Source: Casimicrobium huifangae
Lineage (GTDB): Bacteria; Pseudomonadota; Gammaproteobacteria; Burkholderiales; Casimicrobiaceae
Direction: 5' to 3'
NCBI RefSeq assembly: GCF_009746125.1
Contig: NZ_CP041352.1
Coordinates: 1,626,436-1,658,435, forward strand
Length of the DNA stretch: 32,000 nucleotides
Shown: one piece after another, positions 1 through 7,358 of the stretch
Layout of the letters: every line of letters begins with the position of its first letter
How positions within the stretch are numbered: the stretch's first letter is position 1
Made by a program: the position numbers and the translations under genes
The notes under the pieces: generated by a model
The model's database searches: none
What the model saw: the letters and a program-made list of their open reading frames with translations, nothing else
Told to the model about the DNA's origin: nothing

Positions 1-80
1 TCTGCGGCAATCTTCGGCCACTCAGCTTTGGGCGACAGGCAAATGCCCTTTGCGCGCTCGATCAACTTTGCTAGATCCAT
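1..80 (-). CDS. Yip1-domain membrane protein, 5' fragment (gene continues past window start)
   Basis: Minus-strand ATG at 78-80 with a GGGGA purine patch upstream. The 26 visible codons read MDLAKLIERAKGICLSPKAEWPKIAA, which resembles the conserved N-terminus of proteobacterial Yip1-family proteins. Too short to be sure. Confidence 0.4.
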   Translation of the reverse strand, partial: MDLAKLIERAKGICLSPKAEWPKIAA

Positions 81-219
81 CGTACTGTTCCCCTGAAAAG
101 ATGGTTGGAATCGGTGTCAGTGATAAGACGAAAGCCGCCGTGGGAAAGCGTCACCCGCCGCAGTCTCGTGAGTGTATGACGGATAAACGGTACTGAACAG
201 ATGCGCAGGCGATGACCTG

Positions 220-1284
220 CTATGGCTGGCTCACGGCGCTTGCGGGCTTCTCCCCGATCGCATCGAGTGGATTGGCTGGACGGATGACAGGTGTCCCTTC
301 GACGTCGATGCTGGCCTTGCGGACGGTGACCCGGTTGTCGCTGCCTGCGGAGCGCTCGGTCCAGGCGAACGATCGGCCCGTAGCGTCAATGGTGGCGTGA
401 TCGATACCGCCGTGCGGCCCGCTGGCGATGGTGAGGCGCCGCCCTGTCGCGAAATCGATCCAGTCGAGCGACTCAAGTTGTTCCTGGCGCTGATGCAGCA
501 AACCGTAGCGTCCGTTGCCGGACAGCGCGCGCAGGCGCGCGTTCTGGCCGGCCGCCACCGTGTGCAGGCGGCGACCGTCTGGCCAGCGAACCACCGACAG
601 CGAATTTGCTGCGTAGCGCTTGACGAAACGCGTGCCTTGCACAAAGGTCGTTTCACCCTCGATTGCCCATGCCGGCGCCGGCGCACGCTTCAGTCGCGGT
701 AGCGTCCAGATCCCGCTGCGGGCGTCCGTTTTGTCGCTCAGATCGAAATTCACCAGCGCCTTGCCGTCTGGCGAGAAACCCATCTCGACGTTGACGCCCA
801 CGGACGTTTCCGCGAGCTGTTTGCCGCGGAAGGTGAACAGCCGCACTTTGCGGTTGCCGTCTTTGTCGCGGGTTGCGACGGCGAGCTGTTTGCCGTGTGC
901 GTCGGCGTCCACCACGATGCTGCCGGGGACGCGGATATGGGCGACACGACGGCAGCGTCGGACATCGAAAACGTTCACGATGGATGGCTCACCGCGTACC
1001 CGTTCAATGATAAAGCGACGATCAAACGAGAAACTCGCTGGCGAAGCGAGTGCACATACTTTGGTGGGCCCCGAGGCACGGTGCGCCCAATGGTAGAGCC
1101 CCGGGGCACGCGCCGCAGGGTTGCTGACCAGAATGGCCAACCCATTGCTGTCGACAAACTCTACGTCAACCAGCTCGCGCGAGGTAAACGATTGCGCAAG
1201 CGCGGCAGCAGAAAGGGCCGAGGCGAATAGGGCCGGGATCCACCCAGCGAAGTGGCACTTCACTGCGCTAGGTCGCGATTTCAA
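220..1284 (-). CDS. secreted beta-propeller repeat protein (PD40/TolB-like blades), function unknown
   Basis: 354-codon ORF with an N-terminal signal peptide (WIPALFASALSAAALA/QS). Repeated strand motifs such as FSPDGKALV are typical of PD40-type propeller blades. The start is non-ATG (TTG at 1284, alternative GTG at 1263). It abuts or overlaps the stop of the upstream EEP gene, so it is probably co-transcribed. Confidence 0.6.
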   Translation of the reverse strand: MKSRPSAVKCHFAGWIPALFASALSAAALAQSFTSRELVDVEFVDSNGLAILVSNPAARAPGLYHWAHRASGPTKVCALASPASFSFDRRFIIERVRGEPSIVNVFDVRRCRRVAHIRVPGSIVVDADAHGKQLAVATRDKDGNRKVRLFTFRGKQLAETSVGVNVEMGFSPDGKALVNFDLSDKTDARSGIWTLPRLKRAPAPAWAIEGETTFVQGTRFVKRYAANSLSVVRWPDGRRLHTVAAGQNARLRALSGNGRYGLLHQRQEQLESLDWIDFATGRRLTIASGPHGGIDHATIDATGRSFAWTERSAGSDNRVTVRKASIDVEGTPVIRPANPLDAIGEKPASAVSQP

Positions 1285-2128
1285 GCAATACCGGCTGGTG
1301 ATCCGACACCCGAGTCACCAGATCGACGTCCACGCGACGCACCCGTGGCGCCAGCCCATCACTGACAAACAGGAAATCACAGGAAATGGGTTCTGGTCCA
1401 TAGCGACGGTCATACAGCCGGAACGTCGGCGCGTGAGGCGTGCCAGCGTGCACCAGTGTCCAGGCATCGACCAGCCGGCTGGCGCCCACCTGTGGCGTTT
1501 GCAGCAACGCGTACTCGTCACTGTCCGGCTCGAAGTTGAAGTCACCGGTCAGGATGCAATGCGCCGTATGCGGCTTGCTCTGAAATGGTGAACCGGTGTC
1601 GTCGAGCAGCGGTGGATGCGCGGCCAGCGCGCAGCCCTGCGCGTGCAGGCGTAGCAGCTCGCGAGCCTGCGCCATGCGCATTGCCGGCGAGTAGAACTCA
1701 AGGTGCGTGGTCATGAAACGTACCGGCCCGATCGTCGTCAGCACCGTCGCCGACACGCAGATGCGAGGCATGCTGCGTACGCCCCCTGGCGTTGCATCGG
1801 CCGGGTAGGGCAGAGTGTAGTGATGCACCTGCGCCACCGGTAGACGGGTGGCAATGAGGTTGCCGAAGCGTTGCCGCGATTTGCCATCAGGGGCGAGCTC
1901 GTCTACCGCAGCGCCGAAGAAAATTTCAAAGCCGGGCAGCAATTCACGTAGTTGCTGCGGCTGATCCTGCGACGCGTTGCCGTCGAGACGTGGATAGTTG
2001 ATGGCCACTTCCTGCAGGCAGAGCACATCGAAATCCGCCATAGCTCGCGCATGCGCGACAACCCGTGCAACATCGACGACGCCATCCAGTCCGCAGAACC
2101 ACTGCACATTCCAGGTCAGGATTTTCAT
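1268..2128 (-). CDS. endonuclease/exonuclease/phosphatase (EEP) family phosphoesterase, cytoplasmic
   Basis: N-terminal MKILTWNVQW...DVLCLQEV and C-terminal SDHQPVLLEI match the first and last catalytic motifs of the EEP fold. No signal peptide. ATGA start/stop overlap (2125-2128) with the upstream permease gene. Confidence 0.85.
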   Translation of the reverse strand: MKILTWNVQWFCGLDGVVDVARVVAHARAMADFDVLCLQEVAINYPRLDGNASQDQPQQLRELLPGFEIFFGAAVDELAPDGKSRQRFGNLIATRLPVAQVHHYTLPYPADATPGGVRSMPRICVSATVLTTIGPVRFMTTHLEFYSPAMRMAQARELLRLHAQGCALAAHPPLLDDTGSPFQSKPHTAHCILTGDFNFEPDSDEYALLQTPQVGASRLVDAWTLVHAGTPHAPTFRLYDRRYGPEPISCDFLFVSDGLAPRVRRVDVDLVTRVSDHQPVLLEIAT

Positions 2129-2961
2129 TTGATGCCGGCACGCATGAAGGACTGCACGAATTGTCGCTGGAACAGCAGGAAGGCCAGCAGCAGTGGCGCC
2201 GCAGTTAGCAGTGTCGCAGCGGTGATGATCGACCAGTCAATGCCCTGATCGGCCGACGCAAATACCTGCAGGCCCACGGTGAGTGGACGTGAATTGACCG
2301 AATTGGTCACCACTAGCGGCCAGAGAAAGTTGTTCCAGTGATAGCTCACCGATACCAGCGCAAACGCCACGTACACAGGCTTCGCGAGGGGCACATAGAC
2401 GCGCCAGAGGATCTGCAGCGTGCTGGCGCCCTCCATGGTGGCGGCCTCGACCAGTTCCTTCGGAATGCCCTTGAACGTTTGCCGCAGCAGGAAGATGGCG
2501 AATGCCGAGGCGAAGTAGGGCAAACCAATGCCAAACAGCGTGTCGATCAGCCCAAGCCGGCTCATCGTCTTGTAGTTCTCGACCAGCAACACGTCCGGCA
2601 TGATCATCAGCTGCACCAGTACCAGCGCGAACACCACGTTCTTGCCACGGAACTCGTAGCGCACAAAGGCGTAGGCAGCGAGCGTGCACAGCAGCAGTTG
2701 CGAGCCAAGGATCAGGCTCACCAGCAGCGTGGTGTTGAGAAAGTAGCGTGCGAACGGCGCTGCTTCCCACGCACGGGCGAAGTTTTCCAGCGTCAGCGGC
2801 GCCGTGAGTGAGAACTTCGCGGAAAATTCGGCGGGATGAAAGGCGGTCCACACCGCGTAGGCCAGCGGCAGAATCCACAGGATCGCCAGCCCCCACGCTG
2901 CCAACGTGTCCAGCCATTGACCAGCCGGATTGGCCTGCCTCAAAGCGATTGCATCGGCCAT
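2125..2961 (-). CDS. ABC transporter permease, CUT1 sugar type (MalG/UgpE-like)
   Basis: 278 aa, multiple hydrophobic TM stretches, EAA-loop region VEAATMEGASTLQILWRVYVPLAKP. The start lies 2 nt after the stop of the preceding permease. Confidence 0.9.
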   Translation of the reverse strand: MADAIALRQANPAGQWLDTLAAWGLAILWILPLAYAVWTAFHPAEFSAKFSLTAPLTLENFARAWEAAPFARYFLNTTLLVSLILGSQLLLCTLAAYAFVRYEFRGKNVVFALVLVQLMIMPDVLLVENYKTMSRLGLIDTLFGIGLPYFASAFAIFLLRQTFKGIPKELVEAATMEGASTLQILWRVYVPLAKPVYVAFALVSVSYHWNNFLWPLVVTNSVNSRPLTVGLQVFASADQGIDWSIITAATLLTAAPLLLAFLLFQRQFVQSFMRAGIK

Positions 2962-2963
2962 GG

Positions 2964-3833
2964 TCAGTAGTGCGCCTTGCGGTCAAGCACGAAAAACTGC
3001 ACCAGCGCGACGGTGGCCAGCGCGGCCAGCAGCACCACGGTCACCGCTGCCGCATAGCCCTGGTCCCAGAATTTGAAGCCGACTTCGTAGAGGTGGTAGA
3101 GCAGTAGCGTGGTGGCGTTGTCCGGTCCGCCCCGCGTCATCACGACCACGTGATCGACCATGCGGAAGGCGTTGATGACGGCGTTGACCAGCACAAAAAT
3201 CGTGGTCGGCATCAACAACGGCCACAGCACGCGGCGGAAGAAGAACCAGCGGCTGGCGCCCTCAATGGCGGCGGCCTCGCGCAAGCTCGGGTTGATTCCC
3301 TGCAGTGCCGCGAGATAGAAGATCATGAAGAAGCCAGCCTCCTTCCAGATCGCAACCGCGGTGATGGCGCCCAATGCGGTGGCCTTGTCGCCGAGCCAGT
3401 TCTGTGAAGGCAATCCGAACAGATTGCCAATTTGCTCCAGCAGGCCATAACTCGGCGTGTAGAAAAAGAGCCAGATGTTCGCCACCGCAATCATTGGTAA
3501 CACTGTAGGCGTGAAGTACGCCATGCGCAGGAAACCGCGCCCGGCGATCTTGCCGTTGACCCAGAGCGCCATTGCCAGTGCCAGGCCGACGGACAGGGGA
3601 ATAGTGGCCAGCGCAAACCACAGGTTGTTGCGCAGCGCCTGCCAGAAGATCGGGTCGTCCACCATCGCCGCGTAGTTGTCGATCCCAACGAACACCGACG
3701 CCCGGTAGGGCTTCGGCGTCGACATGAAGCTGTCAATCAGCGTGGCGATGGCGGGATAGTGCGTGAACGCGACTAGCAAGGTCAGCGCTGGCAGCAGGAG
3801 CAGCCAGGCGTGTGCCTGCTTTTGCGCGTTCAC
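2964..3833 (-). CDS. ABC transporter permease, CUT1 sugar type (MalF/UgpA-like)
   Basis: 289 aa polytopic membrane protein with EAA loop REAAAIEGASRWFFFRRVLWPLLMP. Sits directly downstream of the binding-protein gene. Confidence 0.9.
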   Translation of the reverse strand: MNAQKQAHAWLLLLPALTLLVAFTHYPAIATLIDSFMSTPKPYRASVFVGIDNYAAMVDDPIFWQALRNNLWFALATIPLSVGLALAMALWVNGKIAGRGFLRMAYFTPTVLPMIAVANIWLFFYTPSYGLLEQIGNLFGLPSQNWLGDKATALGAITAVAIWKEAGFFMIFYLAALQGINPSLREAAAIEGASRWFFFRRVLWPLLMPTTIFVLVNAVINAFRMVDHVVVMTRGGPDNATTLLLYHLYEVGFKFWDQGYAAAVTVVLLAALATVALVQFFVLDRKAHY

Positions 3834-3845
3834 GGGGTGTACAAC

Positions 3846-5129
3846 TTACTTGTAGCTGCGCAGCAGACGTTCGGCTTCCTTCTGCGCGTCCTTCATCGCA
3901 GCCTCTGCGGTCTTGCTGCCGGTGAGTGCGGCCTGCAGTCCGTCGTTGAAGGCTTTGGTCACGCGCTGATTGTCGTGCGTGGAAAGCTCAGCCACTGCGT
4001 ACTGCAACTGATCGCGTGCCACCGCGGCAGGTGCAAATTCGGCCGCGTATTTCTTGAGTGCCGGTGTGTCCCACGCAGCGGGCGAGACCGCAACGTAGCC
4101 CGTATCAATGCCCCATTGTGCGGCGCGTGCCGGCTGCGTCAACCATTTCGCAAACTTGAACGCCGCCTCCTGCTGCGCCGGCGTGGCCTTCTTGAAGATG
4201 AAGAAATTGCCACCGCCGGTCGGAGAACCGCGCTTCTTGCCGGCCGGCAACATTGCTACACCGAAGTCAAACTTGGCGTTGGTACGGATGTTGGTCAGGT
4301 TGCCCGTGGTCGTCCAGATCATGGCGACCTTCTTCTCCATGAAATCCTTCGGTGTGGTGCCCCATTCCACGATACCGGACGGATGCACGCCGTACTTCTT
4401 CGACAGATCAACCCAGTATTGCAGTGCTTCGATCACCTTCGGATCGTCAAACTTGGTCTGGGTGCCGGCTTCGTTGGCGAGGATTACGTCGTTCTGAGTG
4501 GTCAGGCCCTGAAACAGCCAGTACGGAAAACCGCTCGAAGGAATCTGCACGCCGTATTGCATCACCTTCCCGCTGGCGTCCTTCCTGGTGAGCTTCTGCG
4601 CCATGCTGGTCATCTCGGCCCAGGTCTGCGGCGCCTTGTTCGGGTCGAGCCCGGCTTCCTTGAACAGCTCCTTGTTCCAGTAAAGCACCACGGTCGAGCG
4701 CTGGAACGGCACGCCCCAAGTTTTGCCGCCAATCTGACCGTTGAGCAGGAAGGCTTTGTAGAAGCCACCCAGCCAGGCCTTGTCTTCAGGCGTCTTCACG
4801 AAGTTGTCGATGGGGACGATGGCGTCTTCATCGATCAGTGTGAAGGTATCGGTGGAGAGCAATACCGAGGCGACCGGTGGCGTGCCGGCCTTGTTGGCGG
4901 TGAGCGCTTTGACGATGGTGTCCTGATAGCTACCCGCATAAATGGGCGATACCTTGATCGATGGATTTTCCTTGTTGAAATCCGTCGCAAACTGGTCAAT
5001 GATTTTGGTGATCGGTCCGCCCACGGCGACCGGAAAGTAGAACGGAACTTCGGTTGACTGCGCCTGTACAGCACTGGCGCCCAGCGCGAGCGCCACAGCG
5101 GCTGCACAGGTGGCAAATGAGTGTTTCAT
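3846..5129 (-). CDS. ABC transporter periplasmic substrate-binding protein (family 1, sugar type)
   Basis: The 505-codon ORF was trimmed to the internal ATG at 5129, which has a GGAGGA Shine-Dalgarno 6-8 nt upstream. This gives MKHSFATCAAAVALALGASAVQA/QS, a classic signal peptide. Length (427 aa) and composition fit CUT1 binding proteins. Confidence 0.9.
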   Translation of the reverse strand: MKHSFATCAAAVALALGASAVQAQSTEVPFYFPVAVGGPITKIIDQFATDFNKENPSIKVSPIYAGSYQDTIVKALTANKAGTPPVASVLLSTDTFTLIDEDAIVPIDNFVKTPEDKAWLGGFYKAFLLNGQIGGKTWGVPFQRSTVVLYWNKELFKEAGLDPNKAPQTWAEMTSMAQKLTRKDASGKVMQYGVQIPSSGFPYWLFQGLTTQNDVILANEAGTQTKFDDPKVIEALQYWVDLSKKYGVHPSGIVEWGTTPKDFMEKKVAMIWTTTGNLTNIRTNAKFDFGVAMLPAGKKRGSPTGGGNFFIFKKATPAQQEAAFKFAKWLTQPARAAQWGIDTGYVAVSPAAWDTPALKKYAAEFAPAAVARDQLQYAVAELSTHDNQRVTKAFNDGLQAALTGSKTAEAAMKDAQKEAERLLRSYK

Positions 5130-5172
5130 GGGATCTTCCTCCGGGTGAAATGGTTTGCGTGGGTGGTCGGGA

Positions 5173-6225
5173 TCATGGCAAGCGCAGGCCCTGCGCGTCA
5201 AATGCGTGTACGGCGCTGACAGGCCAGCCGAGCCGCACTTCCTGCCCGGCGTCAAATCGGTTCTGGCCTGGTGCCCGTACAGCGATTTCCTGATCACCGA
5301 TGCGACAACGCAGCAGGCAGTCGGCGCCAAGATACTCGCTCTCGCGGACGGTTGCTGCAACATCGCCGTCGAGCGCGACCTCCTCCGGGCGCAGGCCGAT
5401 ACTCACTGCCGCTTCGGGTGCGCTGACAGTCTGCGTTGAACCGCTGATGGCAGAGCCGGCCAGCGAGATGATGCTCATCGGCGGCGTGCCGATGAAGCGC
5501 GCGGCGAAGACTGAAGCAGGTTTGGCGTAAATCTCGCGTGGCGTCCCTATTTGCTCAATGCGACCGTGGTTGAGCAGTACGACCTGATCGGCCATGCTCA
5601 TCGCCTCGGTCTGATCGTGAGTGACGTAGACAACCGTCAGGCCGAGTTTTTGCTGCAACGCCCGCAACTCCTGACGCATCTCCTGTCGCAACTGTGCGTC
5701 AAGATTGGACAGCGGCTCGTCCATCAGGCAGATGCCCGAGTCCGCCACCAGCGCGCGAGCCAGTGCGACGCGTTGCTGCTGGCCGCCGGACAGTTGCGAT
5801 GGCTTGCGGTCGCGCAATTTCTCCAGGCTGAGCAGGGACAGCACGCGGGTCAGGCGCTCGGCCTGCTCCTGCCGCGAGGCGCCGCGTACCTGCAGGCCAA
5901 ACACGATGTTGTCGGCAACGCTCAGATGCGGGAACAGTGCGTAGTTCTGGAAAACCATGGCTACACCGCGCTTGGATGGCGGTGCTACCGTGACATCGTG
6001 GCCATCAATCAGGATTTGCCCGCGACTCGCGACGTCCAGCCCTGCAATCAGGCGCAACGTAGTGGTCTTGCCACAGCCCGATGGTCCGAGCAGCACGGTG
6101 AAACTCGCTTCCGGAATGACGATGCTTGATGGTTGCAGCGTGACGACGTCGCCCCATTGCTTGCCGACCTGGCGCAGCTCTATCTTGGCCGTCTTTGGGG
6201 AGGCAGCACGCTGATCAGTGTTCAC
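5173..6225 (-). CDS. ABC transporter ATP-binding protein (MalK/UgpC-like, with C-terminal regulatory/TOBE-like region)
   Basis: Walker A GPSGCGKTT, signature LSGGQQQRVALARAL, Walker B CLMDEPLSNLD, H-loop VTHDQ. The 627-codon ORF has no ATG near the conserved N-terminus. The in-frame GTG at 6225 (VNTDQRAASPKTAKIELRQVGKQW...) is my best start; the start is uncertain by a few codons. Confidence 0.85.
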   Translation of the reverse strand: MNTDQRAASPKTAKIELRQVGKQWGDVVTLQPSSIVIPEASFTVLLGPSGCGKTTTLRLIAGLDVASRGQILIDGHDVTVAPPSKRGVAMVFQNYALFPHLSVADNIVFGLQVRGASRQEQAERLTRVLSLLSLEKLRDRKPSQLSGGQQQRVALARALVADSGICLMDEPLSNLDAQLRQEMRQELRALQQKLGLTVVYVTHDQTEAMSMADQVVLLNHGRIEQIGTPREIYAKPASVFAARFIGTPPMSIISLAGSAISGSTQTVSAPEAAVSIGLRPEEVALDGDVAATVRESEYLGADCLLRCRIGDQEIAVRAPGQNRFDAGQEVRLGWPVSAVHAFDAQGLRLP

Positions 6226-6342
6226 GCAACAAGTACTCGCGACATTTGGCAGCTTTCGGAAAACCCGCAATTCAAGCCAACAATTATGACGGCGCGGCGA
6301 CAGTCCTCTATCATCCGGCCCGATGTTTTCGAAATCGCAACC

Positions 6343-6717
6343 ATGACAAAGAAGAACACTTACGACTGCGGGCAGTGTCCGGGGTACTGCTGTAGCTACG
6401 ATTACATCGAGACCAAGCCGTCGGACGTCAAGCGGCTGGCAAAACACCACGGCATCGCGGTGGACGAAGCGAGGGACCGCTTTACCAAGGAAGTCGTTCA
6501 CGAGGACGAGACCATCCGCGTGTTGCGGCACCGCAAGGATCACATTTACAAGTCGATGTGCATGTTCTTCGATCAGGACGAACGCCGTTGCACCATTTAC
6601 GAGGGGCGCCCGCAGGTTTGCCGCGACTATCCGAACGGCTCTACCTGTGGCTATTTCAACTTCATCAAGTTTGAAAGGAAGCACCAGGGTGATGACAGTT
6701 TCATTCCGTCGGCCTGA
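6343..6717 (+). CDS. YkgJ/UPF0153-family Cys-cluster (putative Zn/Fe-chelating) protein
   Basis: MTKKNTYDCGQCPGYCCSY... followed by CMFFDQDERRCTIYEGRPQVCRDYP, the pattern of the CxxCxxCC family. Start taken at ATG 6343 (alternative ATG 6286). Divergent from the ABC operon. Confidence 0.75.
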   Translation: MTKKNTYDCGQCPGYCCSYDYIETKPSDVKRLAKHHGIAVDEARDRFTKEVVHEDETIRVLRHRKDHIYKSMCMFFDQDERRCTIYEGRPQVCRDYPNGSTCGYFNFIKFERKHQGDDSFIPSA

Positions 6718-6751
6718 CACTGCATTGCCACCACTGCACCGGCCGCCGGCA

Positions 6752-7297
6752 ATGTGCAAGTGGTGGCTGGTCACCGCGCTCGCTTTGGCGTTGAACGGGT
6801 GCACGCAGGCGCCCGTGGTTCCCGCTGAGGATCCTGCCGCATTGCAGCCCAGAACTGCCGCTGGAGCGTCTATCGCCCCGGCGGGCGCATCTACCAGCGA
6901 GGCGCTGGCGCCCACGGTTTCTGCCAACCCCGCGATCCCGCCCACTGATGGGCGGGCGACCAGTGTCGGTTCTGGCACCGGGGCGGTAGCGCCCGCGCGG
7001 GCGCAGATGAGCGCGGTCCAGATCGCGTTGGCTCCGTCAGTGACGCCCGACGGCACGACCCGCTATGAGTGCGTGACGGGCAAAGTCGGTGAAGAGAGCC
7101 GGGCGGCCATCGTGTTTCCGGAGAAATCTGGACGCATTTGTGCACGCTTTCCGGCGATGGGACCCTGCCAGTATGAGCGCAGCGCCTGCCGAGCCAAGGG
7201 CGGGCGGGTGATTCGCTTCGATGGCGTTGAAATCACCAAAGACGTCGAGAAAGAGTACGACAAACAGGTACAGCGATTTCGCCTGAACGCCGGCTAG
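6752..7297 (+). CDS. lipoprotein with Ala/Pro-rich linker and Cys-rich C-terminal domain, function unknown
   Basis: MCKWWLVTALALALNG/C is a signal peptide plus lipobox. It is followed by a low-complexity linker of about 80 aa and a globular C-terminus of about 90 aa with 4 Cys. An alternative upstream ATG at 6692 overlaps the ykgJ-like stop. The gene ends 61 nt before gspD. Confidence 0.6.
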   Translation: MCKWWLVTALALALNGCTQAPVVPAEDPAALQPRTAAGASIAPAGASTSEALAPTVSANPAIPPTDGRATSVGSGTGAVAPARAQMSAVQIALAPSVTPDGTTRYECVTGKVGEESRAAIVFPEKSGRICARFPAMGPCQYERSACRAKGGRVIRFDGVEITKDVEKEYDKQVQRFRLNAG

Positions 7298-7358
7298 CCT
7301 GCCTGCGGTGGGGCGATAGGCGCGTTTTCCAACAGCGACGGCGCGGTAAACTGGCGAA

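Noticed and set aside
3810-5057. 415-aa plus-strand ORF
   Set aside because: Entirely antisense to the well-supported binding-protein gene. Arg/Leu/Gly-rich composition with no motifs. A typical shadow ORF of high-GC DNA.
5130-5363. 78-codon upstream extension of the binding-protein ORF
   Set aside because: The internal ATG at 5129 has a GGAGGA RBS and yields a canonical signal peptide. The extension overlaps the ATPase 3' end and looks non-coding.
6226-7056. 277-codon N-terminal extension of the ABC ATPase ORF (627 aa in the track)
   Set aside because: The extension is antisense to the YkgJ-like and lipoprotein genes and has no ABC homology. Conserved ABC N-termini begin about 10-15 residues before the Walker A region, so the gene was trimmed to GTG 6225.
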